64,000 nucleotides of DNA from Hamiltosporidium tvaerminnensis FI-OER-3-3 (lineage: Eukaryota; Fungi; Microsporidia), in NCBI GenBank assembly GCA_022605425.2, contig CM061247.1, positions 1,302,001-1,366,000 on the forward strand, read 5' to 3'. Below are positions 49,192 through 61,100 of this stretch, in pieces. The position numbers and the translations under genes were made by a program. Within the stretch, counting starts at the first letter, position 1. Every line of letters begins with the position of its first letter. Under the pieces are notes generated by a model. It worked only from the letters and a program-made list of their open reading frames with translations, made no database searches and had not been told where the DNA came from.

Positions 49192-50386
49192 AATATAACT
49201 TGTATAAATATATAAAAGAAAAAAACAACATTTTTTTGGCAAATTGTCACTCAAACGTTTCTGTATTTTTGTCTGTATTTTTTCCGTTGAATTGTTCTGT
49301 CTTTTAGGTTTGATTGTTTTTTTCAGTTCGAGTCACTCCTTGATTTTGGTCTTTTTATTCATACCTTTGGTTCAATAATTTTAAGTCAGTTTGCTTATTA
49401 TCTTGTTTGTTATTGGATTATATTTAATATTGAGAAATATGAGTTGTTCATGTATTCTGATTCTTTTATTACATCGCTAGGCGCGCTTTCATGTTTTAAA
49501 TTGTTATTTAGTTTGTTTCCTAATAAGCTCCATGAATATAGTAATGATTTTGGATATTTTCTGAGACACAATTGAACTTATACAAGCCTATATTCCTGTG
49601 GCTGTTTGAAACTTTTTAAAGTAGTATTATTGTGTTTTATAAAAATAAAATCCTATATTATTAATAGAATATTTACTCAAATTCTAGCTTGAAACAAAAC
49701 TTAATTATCAGTAAACACGTCTTATTTTCTTCGTTTATCATTTCTAATATCAAAGTCACTGTTTCGGAGTTATTTCCCCTTGAAATACTCTGATTAAACA
49801 CATTATTTGCTTTTTTTAATCTAGAATTAATATATTCTGTTTATTTTTCCGAATCAAAATCGATCGCAATCATGGACCACCTATCTACATCTGTAACCCC
49901 AATGTTTAAAGAGTTCTTTAAAATAACAGCTCCTGGTTTGTTTTGGTAACCAAATTTTATATTTTTTTAGCAGAAGTCTATGTTTAATCATACTACCTCA
50001 TGTGTTGTCTTTGGAAACTTTTGCTTCCAAGCAGCCTCAAAGCTTCGATGTTTTGTCATACTGGTTCCAATATTAACTCTTTCCTTCTGCATCCTAGAAT
50101 AAAATTCTTTATCTGATATTAATAATATGCATTATCACACAAGCCTATATTCTCTTATTAAACCATTTAACAAGTTACCAAATCTCTTCAATTGATTAGT
50201 TCTTGCATTATATAATTTTAAACTTAAAAAAATATAGATAATAAAGGATTTGAAAGAATGATATTATATATCTATATTTATAATTATATGCTTATTGAGA
50301 ATTTTTAAAAAAATACTAATTATAACTTTATTGCTTAAAATGTAAATAAAATATAGATAATAGAACATAGATAATAAAATTGACAT

Positions 50387-52758
50387 TTAAGGAAAATTCA
50401 TTGTGAATTCGGAATCAAGATATGCATTTACATTTTGGGATCTTCTATTACGAATAGGTTTCTCCAAAACAAAATCCGTGGTTCTAAAATCTTTTCTTTT
50501 AATATTTTGGATTGTTTTATAATCAATTGTGTTCAATGAGATTGATAATGTAATTAGATTTTTAAAAGATTTTAATATCTGAATATCTGCATGTGTGATC
50601 TCATCAAAATATATTTTTAGAGTGGTAACTGTATTCAATAAAAAGGAATTTTTGAAAAGTCTTTTAAGATCAATTTTGTTTGATTGGCTTATAAATTCTA
50701 TTGTAACAACCTCGAGTTTGTTCATTTTGTCAAAAAATATATAGTCAACTTCTGTTAATATATATGAGTACAAGAAAATTGATCTAAGATTTACAAAATC
50801 ATATATTTTTGACATAAAATACATACAATTTCCCATGTATGGACTTTTTATCGGGTATTTTATTTCCAAATGTTCTAAAAATATTCGTTCGAGGTTCCTT
50901 TTACTAAAAAAACCAATTTTCTGCCAAAAATATTCCAGAGAGCATACTTCACGAAAAATTTCGGTATTTTCTATTTTTATATGAGAAATAGATCTAAATT
51001 TAGCCAAATATATCATAAAGTTAGATTTGATGCAAGATCTAGGACTAAATAAACCAAAAACTTTTAAATTTAAGTTTAAAGTATCAATTTTTGAGAATAG
51101 ATCATGATTAAATACATATACTAAGTTTTTAATTTCAACAGAAAGTAATGTAAGTGATTCTAAAATATAAATTAGTAGTTCATCGCTAATTATAATATTT
51201 TTAGCCGAAAAATATTTTAAAAATTTACAACGTTTTAAGGTATTCAAAACTATATCATCGATCTTTAAAGGCGGAGAAACGGGATTATTTGTACTAATTT
51301 TTATGCTTCTTGTATTACTAAAATCCAAAAACTTTATGTTTTTAGAGTAATTCGATATATCATAATATAAGTAAGAATAATATGTGCTTATGAACGGAAT
51401 CGGTCTTCTGATACCCCTGTCAAATATTTACCAGTTTTAATTAAGTATGGAAAAAATAAAAGATTTTTGGTCATAAATTTTAAAACGTTCAAATCAGTAT
51501 TATCTGATTTATAGAAAAATGTTTCGAGTTTAATCGATATAAATGGGTTTTTTAAACAATAATCTATTAAAAATGCGAAAGTTTCAAAATTAATTTCATT
51601 TGTGTTTATTTTGCACCTAATGACTTTCTGATACAAAAATAATATCTGTTTTAATTCATTCAGATCAAAATTGAAGTTAAACTTCAAAACCTTTAAATTT
51701 TTTAGAAATATGTGGTTTTCCATCTTTAAAAGTAGTTCAGAAGCATTTTTTCTACAAAAAAGATAAAAATTTTCCGAGTTAAATCTTACGTCGCTCAACA
51801 GCTTAATGAGTTCTTCAAATGTTTCTGTAAAATTGAAATTAAAGAAAAGCAGATCAAGCCGTATAATTTTGAACAAAAAAATCCATATATTTTTTAAATT
51901 ATACGAAGTCACAATTTTTACTAATTTTTTTACATCCAAATCTTTCAATTTTAGATAAATTTTATTTTTTTGACTCTTTTTGATACTTTTTTCATAAAGT
52001 GGACCACGATCTTTCTTATATATGACATCACAGCTTCTTTTAATTACAATATGTAATCTTGTTCTTTTTTCATTAAAATATACAAATTCCAAGAAATATA
52101 TTAATAAATCTCTAAATATTGATCTTTTTACTAGATTATTAGTATAATCCAAACAACATATATTTTCTAAATTAAATGACTTAATATTTATTCCGTATAC
52201 AAGATTTCTTAATAATTCTTTAATGATCTTATTTCTTTGTTTTGATTTTTTAATATCTAATATTGTAATTATGGTTAAAATATCTATGAATGTTTTGATA
52301 TCTATTTGATTTATAAGAAGATCCGGATTGTCTATTAATTTTAAGAAAAGGAGAAAATTTGAGGTAGACACATCTTTTAAAAAAACTCTGATAATATTTT
52401 TTTCGGAAATATACAACGATTTTAAAAGTGTAGAATTTAATAAATTGGTATCAGTGTATCTCAGTGTAACAGTATTTGATTCATAATATTTCGTAATCCC
52501 GCCCTTAGATTCTTGGCGCAATACATTATCTTTTAAAATCGTAATTCTATTACTTTCATCGAAGTATTCTATTTTTTCGTTTTTGAACATGATGTCCATC
52601 GTAGACTCACTATTAATATAATTCTTAACTCGATTTTCTTCATTTATAATATAAAAGTTTACGGTTGTTAAAATCGATGTTAGTACATGTGTTGCAAGTA
52701 GAATAAAAATAGCGGCTGTTTTTTTGCTACGATGCAAGTTTTTGATCTGAATAGACAT
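50387..52758 (-). pseudogene. LRR-like family gene (~790 aa) split by one frameshift at ~51388-51427 (pseudogene or assembly error)
   Basis: 456-aa and 313-aa ORFs in different frames that overlap as open frames at 51388-51427; signal-like AAIFILLATHVLTS; LRR units LKNLKVLKFN, FVNLRSIFLY, FKNLITLSIS parallel those of 29441-31780. Confidence 0.75.
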
Positions 52759-53467
52759 ATATGTGGAATACCTTAGGAAAATTTTAATTTAGAGAATTTT
52801 TTTAAATTGTTTTTTATCAATTTAGATAATCAAATATATTTTTAATCTTTTCAATAGATTAAATGAAGATTTTAATCATTATACGTGTTAATACCCTTTT
52901 GATCTTGTTTGCAGTACTAAAACTCTTTCAACTTAATTAACATCCTTTTATATCTGACTCTTCTTCTATATTTTCAACTAAAGCATTAATTTGGGTATTT
53001 CCATTAACAATTTAGAATTTATTAATTTCGATATTTTTTGTTTAACACTTTTTCGATTGCATGTATGTGTAATATGTTATTTGTATCTTCGCTTCTTGTA
53101 TTACATCTCTATATGTAGTTTTCAAGCTCACATCTACATTTAGAAAATCAAAAACTTTTTAGTTCCAAAAAATAGCTTTGAATGTATTTTTGTTCTATTG
53201 GCTGTACATAAGCTTTGTTCCCATTATATATTTCTTGTGAAAACCTATTAGTATTTTTAAAGAATACTATGTTTAGGCATTACGCAAAATAGATAAACAA
53301 TATTAAAAATAAATATTTAAGCGTCGACCAACAAGCCCTAATTATTTAGTTTCTTAATTTTAGCAATTAGAGCGAGTAATGTGAAGTAAATCAGATTGTA
53401 TCAACGGTATTTTATTTATATTTTTTTAGCTAAAACGAATAGTGCAGGCTAATCCTTATAATTTTAA

Positions 53468-53712
53468 TCCCCCACCATTTCGGGTGCAGAATTAGCTTGG
53501 ATTATTCTCTGCTTGTCGTAAGAGGCGACGAAAAGGGACTGGTCTTCCTGGTTAAGGTTGAGTGAAGGGCTAACAGCCCACTCTTAAAACTAATAGGTTG
53601 CAAAATCCGAAAAAGTAAACAAACCCACCGGAAAAAGACTGATGGGCGGTATTACTGAAGGCGGCCAAGGCTCGTGCAGAGTTGCAGTGTCAAGGATAAC
53701 AATAATAATAAC
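53468..53712 (+). mobile_element. Family B short bipartite RTE-derived element, copy B2
   Basis: ctgcttgtcgtaagaggcgacgaaaaggg and ggttgagtgaagggctaacagcccactc, then WAVLLKAAKARAELQCQG* (RTE ORF-end-like, cf. 19180-19230) and an (aat)n tail. Confidence 0.75.
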
Positions 53713-56041
53713 TGGTTGTATGCGAATCAGAAAAAAAAGTATATTGCTGCCTTTGAATACTATACTTCTCACTGAGATTTGTGCTTGATTTAATAAAAAC
53801 AGAAAATTTGACCCCCGGGAATAAAGTATTGTCTACAATTTTTTTTAAATCTATTATTCAAAATTCTTGAAGGCTTTCTTGATATATTTATTTTTCATTT
53901 TGTTAACTTTAATTATTAGAATTTTTAAGCTATAATAGATTATCAATTTCCTTCTATAGTTCAAGAAAAATAGTGATATATGAAATAATACATTTTGTAA
54001 ATTAGACAATATTTGCACAATTTAGTTCTTTTACTGTTCTCATTTGGCAAATACAAATATTAATATTTTTTTATCCCTTCACATACTATTTACAGTGTCT
54101 GCTAACTTCACCAAGCAGTCCAAACCTTTAAACTTCAGGTTAGCCTCATTTTGTTTGATATAATAAATTTAAAAATTTTATTTTTTTAAAGCATATTGAT
54201 TAATAGTTGATTAAAATTCTAGTATAGGTATTGCTACAAACATATAGTGATCTTAAACCTGAAACAAATGAATAGTTGGTTCTTATCTAAATATGATTTT
54301 GACCTTATTATAAATATATTTATATCGCTGTACCTGTAAAAATCAAGAAATTTGAATATTTTCGATTTGAACGGCTTACTATGTATGAAGAAAATAAAAA
54401 ATATGTAAACTTATGAAGCCAAAAAACATTTCTTTTTAATCAATTGATATCAAAAGCGTTGTTTTTTTTCATATGTGATTAAGCTTTTTATTGTTGTAGA
54501 TATGAGTTAAAAACTCTTTTCTCTAAAGGTAAGCCACGTGCTCAGGTTTCAAACTTTAGGATCATCAAAATAAATAAAAACATATCTAGAAATAGCCAAT
54601 TATATGACTCTCTCTTTAAAAATACATCAAAAACTAATACATCCTGAGTTTTCATTTTAAATACATTTATGAGGTTTTAACAAACAAATTTAACTAGTAA
54701 TTTTTTTTATTTAGTTCTAAATTCCACTCCCCCGAATTTCTAAAGCCTTTTAGTTTAAAGTAATGTGTTTTTGCTGTTTAAGGCTCCAATATATATCTTT
54801 AAACACCTTTAAAACGAGAAATTAACCATTTATATTTTAAATCAATAAATATTTAGGTTTGTCATATCCATTTATATAGTAATATCATAAATATGCCGCC
54901 TATATGATCAATGGAGTTTTGGAAATCAGTCCAGGTACATTAAGAGCCATATGTTACTGTCTTTTTTGTGCGATGATCTACATTATTTAGCGAAGGAATC
55001 ATTAGGGAAGACTTTCGATGGATACGAACTTTTTTAAACAATTTTTGTGATATTTTTTGATTGGCCCCAAATATATATATTTAATTGATTAATTAAGTAG
55101 TGGTTTCGAACAAAAATATATTTTTGCGAGAAAAGGTGTGATTATGATGTTGATAATTCTCAATAATGGTGTTTCTCTAATGCGATTTTATTTTTTTAAT
55201 ACCTGGATACTAACAGTAAAACCAAATTTTATTTTTGAGAAACTGGATTTATAATTAGATTCTTTCTGATATTTCTAGTTTCTTCTATAAATAATAAACC
55301 ACAGACTATTCCCTGTACCCAGCTGCTAATAATTTTACTTTATCCGCTATTTAATTTCCCTGTTTATCTGCGATTTATTCCACTAAATATTTTAAATTTT
55401 CATACAATGAGTAGTTCACACAAGGAAGCTTTTTCTAATAAAAAAAACCTTTTTTTATAACAGCAAATACTGTGATGATTACCAAAAAATATATTTTTTT
55501 CTTCATAAATTTCAAGAAGATGATTCTTTATATGCGAATTGTAGTAGATAGGAGAATGACATAAAAGAGTTTAAATTTTTTACATGAACCTATAAACCTT
55601 TTATTTCTTTTGATTTTATTTCGATTTTATCTTGATTAAATTTTGTTCTTCATTCTCGAATAATATTCATTTATCTGTTAATCAAAAAAGCTTATTTTAA
55701 TTAAAATTACTTATTATTCCATTCCTCTCTTACCTCTTGGTGTCGAAGATGAACAAATGAAAGTTTTCTAGTTGTTTCTTTAATCTGTTGTAACTCGGGA
55801 TTATAAGGGATTGGCCTATAGATCCTATGTGGTTTTAATATCACCAAAATGGCAAAAAGAATTTCAAACTAATTTTATGCGCTCGTTGCCAACCAGATAG
55901 TTTTTAATATCGTTATTCTCTCTCCACAGATTTTAATTAAAATTAAAAAAAATTCTAGACTTTCTTTCACAAATTGTAAAGGAAAATACTTTTATAAGTT
56001 GTGAAATAAATAAAAATATACCTAAAAAATCGATTATAGAA

Positions 56042-56802
56042 ATGTTAAAATTGCTTAGAATATTTTTTACGATTCAATTATCGATATTTAATTTATACAT
56101 GACTATAAATAGTGTATATTTGTGTGGTTTTTATGAAGATAAAGAATACGATAAGTCTATGCTACTCGATCATTTGAGTTGTGAGACCGATACACACTCC
56201 AATCCATCAATAAATAGCAAAAATTTAATGGATGAGAGTTATATGGAATTCAACAAAGATATTATGGAAACATATATTGAAAATCAAGATACAGTTAGTG
56301 AAAATGCCTTAAGAGAAGAATACAATAGTGAACCCATAACCGGTGAATCCATATCGGATTTATTAACTGATAATTCAATTGATGGGAGTTATATAGAACA
56401 TTATGACCCTAGTATTGAAACAGATAGGGAAACACATATTGAAAACCAAGATACAAGGTATAAAAACGTTTCTAAAGAGGGATACAATAATGAAAACGAT
56501 ACCGGTAAATCCATATCGGAATTATCAACTGACTCCATAAAATCCGAAATTCTTGACCAAATATATCCCGAATCAAATTTAAGTTCTGACATTTCAGATG
56601 AAAGAAAGCGTTATAAACAGGAAAACAAGATAAAATGGAAAATGAAGTAAGAAGTAAAATTAAAATAATGAAAGAAAAACTTAATTTATGCCAAGTATAT
56701 CTCTCAGAAATAAAAGATACAAAAGAAGATTTACAGGAAAAGAAATTTCGAGAACATAAATCGAAATATGAAAAATTAAAGGAAACCTTTAATATGATAT
56801 AA
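56042..56802 (+). CDS. Putative secreted acidic protein, paralogue of 41941-43113, with a frameshift at ~56617-56650
   Basis: Signal-like MLKLLRIFFTIQLSIFNLY; the second frame 56641-56802 reads NEVRSKIKIMKEKLNLCQVYLSEIKDTKEDLQEKKFREHKSKYEKLKETFNMI*, homologous to EIIARKKIEIVRDKCTLIQNFFETLKTTDEDQWDEKFAKHKPQYKELKRQYDQL. Confidence 0.75.
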
Positions 56803-57049
56803 TCCGAAACTTAATCATAAATAAATTCCTTTTTTATTTTTATATTTTTTTTTATAAATTTCAGGTGTAATACCAGTGAATGCAAAGTGAAAAGTTGTAC
56901 AAACATAATTGAATTTATACGTCAATCAATCAAAACACTATAAATGTAAGGTAATACAGAGATCACGGGGTATCCATACTCTTCTGTTTTTACGTTCATT
57001 TTATTTAGGCTAAAATATTTGAATTCAATGTTAGTATAGTTAAATAAAA

Positions 57050-57775
57050 GTTGGAGAAGGGATAACCACATAAAAAACTATCTGCTTGGTAATGAGTATG
57101 CGAGATTGCCATATAAATTATTATTTGTATTTTCCGTGCGACTAAAATCACACTACATTTTTTGTTATTCCATTGAATTTGTATGTGAAGTAGAAGGTCT
57201 ACGAAATAGCGAAACTTTTTCTGTGAATTTATTTTGTAGTTTTTTATGTAACTAGATCGAAGACGGCAGCTTAACTTCTGAGTTATTTCCACATCAAGCA
57301 TGGAAACATAGCCTTCCTTTCTCCCTCGGTTTGAAGACGTAGTAACTGAGAGATATTAAAATATAACCCTGTAAAGCCGGGAAAGAAAAATAGCAGGTTA
57401 CCTGTTGGTATGACATTGCACTGTATAGGTGGAGCTCAATTAAGTCGCTGAAATATCTCCTAGTTAGAATTTTTTTAGGTTACGAACGTATAGAGTAAAT
57501 GAGAATTCTGCATAGTCTTGAGGCTGTCTAATCTGGGTTTCGACCTATGATCCCACTCTATGGAACTAACATTAAAGAAGTCCAGGGCTTCCACGCTCAT
57601 TTAAATGAGCTGTAAACACATTTTAAATTAAAAGCGCCCAGAGTAGGTATATTAGGGGTACTGATGGAAGGCCGGGTAGCAGTAATTATGTTACCCTCAG
57701 AACTACATTGAGGCAATTAAAACAAATATAACACCTACCCCTGTTTTAAAATCATGTCATTATTTTAAATTAAAA
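57050..57775 (+). mobile_element. Family A element, copy A8 (diverged)
   Basis: ggagaagggataaccacataaaaaactatctgcttgg ... gcatggaaacatagcc ... cctgttggtatgacattgcactgt ... aaaacaaatataacac. Confidence 0.85.
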
Positions 57776-58199
57776 ATTCTTATTTAAATTAAATTAATTT
57801 GTATTTAATCCATACTCTCCACTCCATACGATTAATAAAGTAAAAATACCTATTTTACAAGAAAAACACATAATAAATCAATTTTAAATTGACATCTAAA
57901 ATTAAAAATATTTTTTTTGATAATTTTTTTTATTTAATACGCATAAATGCATAAACAATAAAAGTATAAATATATGAAAAAATGCATAAAACCAAGCAGA
58001 ATGAAAACTCTAATCACACAACCAATACAAAAACCCTTGAAATCCAATACCATCTATTCCCATACCATTAAATCCTATACATATTCAAATACTATTCAAT
58101 CAATACCATCTCCTCCCATATTATTCAATCAATACTATCTCGTCACATATTATTCAATCCAATACATATACAATACATATACAATACATATACAACTAC

Positions 58200-61100
58200 C
58201 TATATATTCCCTAGAATACTAGAAATATACTTAGAAGGTAAAAACCTAGGAACACTAAAAGTATGATAACTGTACTCCTTAACCCCAGGAACATAAACCT
58301 TAGGTTCTCTTATAAACTTCTCCATACTAAAATCAGCAACCTTAACCTCATAACAGCACTCCTCCTTCTTAAACTTAGAAAATAATATTTTAACCTGTAA
58401 AACATTTAAAAAAGAACATTCATCCATAATTGTCTCTAACTTAGCACCCGCATTCACATAATTAATCAACTTAACCACACTTTTTATATGTCCCATATTT
58501 AACACCCCTTCACTATATTCAATATCTCTACAAAATTTTTCTATAAAATTAAGGTTGTTATTTATTTGAATACCTCTATTTAAACATAACACCCCTTTAT
58601 GTACTAATAAGGCATTAAAGCTAACACTGTTAATTACCTTTAATATATAATTAACACCCTCCATACAAAAATTTAAAGGTAAGCAATAAAATATTAACAT
58701 CCCATACATCCAATCTAACACCCCTACTAATTTATTAATACTAACACCCCCTCCTCCCCATCCATTAAAAAACCCTTCTTTACACTTAAATTCCTTTAAC
58801 CCTTGATATTCTATTATTGAGTAAGGAATATAATCCATTAACACCCTCCTATAGTAATTAACCATACAAGTAAATAACACCTCTATTACCTCTTCTAACT
58901 CACAAATAACACCATCAGAGCAAAAGGGAATAAAATAAGGGGTTTTAGTATAAGTGTTAGTACTAGGATTAGTATAAGAGGTGTTAGTGCTAGTACTAGG
59001 GTTAGTACTGTTACTAGAATAAGAGGTATTACTAACATAAGAGTTACTACTACTAGTATAAGAGGTGTTAGTATTAGAGGTACTACCACTAGTGTTATTT
59101 ATTAGACTGTCCTTACTACTGTTACTAAGACCCCCACTACTATCCTTACTACTAACACCCTCTTTACTATGTCTTAATATCTCATTGTTAATAATACACT
59201 TTAATTCTATAACATTACTAAGAATAAAACATACTTTATATATATCATTAGAAATAAGAGGTATTCTATCCCTAACACTATCAACAATAACACCTATAAG
59301 TTCACTAATAGAAGGATCTTTACGTACATTCATAAGAAGTAACACTGATTGGTAAAGAGTATGCGCAAGAGAAAGAGCTTCTTCTTTAGGTAAAGGGTCT
59401 GTAGTAAAAGTAGGGCAGTGTTGTATGAATGCTTCTAAAAGGCAACCTATTATTTCATAAGGATTTGAAAAATGTATTTTTGGTGTTTCGGGTGTTGTTT
59501 TTAATCTTTTTAGTTCTTCTTCTAGTTTTTGTATTTTTAAAAGGAAAATTCTACGTTCCTGGTCAAAGGAGGTGGTATTAGTGATACTACTGATAGTACT
59601 GATAGTATTAATAGTATTGTTAGTTAGAGTGGTACTAGTATTGTTACTAGTAGTATTACTATTGCATTCTTTAGAAGTGTTACTTATATTACTCCCTGTA
59701 ACACTATTACCATTACACCCTTTATAGGTGCTACTTATATCACTCCCTGTAACACTATTTCTATTCATTTCCTTTTTAAGTCTATTCAATTCCTTTTTAA
59801 TACTTTCATTTTCAATTAACAGGTTATTTCTATCTTTAAGTGCTTCTGTCTGTGCCTTATACTTAACCTCTAAAGCTCTACAGTTTTTACAAGGAATTTT
59901 ATAAAAATTTTCATATTTTTTAAGTTTATGCTTTAAAATATTAATTTCTGAAGATGAGGTGTTATTTATTGGTGTGTGATTAAAGGGTGTTATATTCTTT
60001 ATAATATTAACACTGTCTGTACTGTTGTTGTGAGTTTCTTGTAATATATTGAAATCTAACTTGTCTAATGCAGGGTTATACTTAGTATTAAGGGTTTCTT
60101 GGTTACTATTGTTTAACATCCCTTTATCACTACTACTAATAGTACTGTTGTTTAACACCCCTTTATAGTTAGTACTAACACTCCTGTTGTTTAATACCCC
60201 TTTATCCCTACTACAAACAGTACTGTTGTTTAATACCCCTTTATCACTACTACTAACAGTACAGTTGTTTAATACCCCTTTATCCCTACTGTTGTTTAAT
60301 ACCCCTTTATCCCTACTACTAATAGTACTATTGTTGATCACCCCTTTATCCTTACTGTTGTTTAATACCCCTTTATCCCTACTGTTGTTTAACACCCCTT
60401 TATCCCTACTACTTTCCTCCACCCTATTATCCATACTCCCCACCCCTCCTTTATCATCTGCATCCTCAGTATAACACCTGTTACTTATATCATACACATC
60501 CATACTTCTTACATTCAATCTTCTCTCAATATCCCCCTTTACTCTAACCAATAACCTATTATAACACATTTTAACACCTTCTAAATATAGATATAAGATA
60601 ACACCCTTTACTATAATCTTATGTTTCTTATAATATTCTATCCTTTTATTTTCTAATAACCCTAATAATTTATAATCAAAGAATATACGTGTCTTACCTA
60701 TTTTATATAAAAAGGTTTTATCATTCAAAGAATTAAATATGTTAATAATGCTGTTATTTACAGTAGTATTGTTAGGGATAGAGGGGTGTAAAGTATTAGT
60801 ACTATTGTTAACAAGGTCTTGTTCCTTATCCTTATTACTATCCCCCTTATAATTACTACCATTATCATTATCACCCTTTATACAACTACCTTTATCATTA
60901 TCACCCTTATAATTACTACCCTTATCATTATCACCCTTATAATTAGTACTACTGTCATTATCACCCTTATAATTACTACCCTTATCATTATCACCCTTAT
61001 AATTAGTACTATTGTCATTATCCCCCTTATAATTACTACCCTTATCATTATCACCCTTATAATTAGTACTATTGTCATTAACACCTCTATCTCTCTCTAA

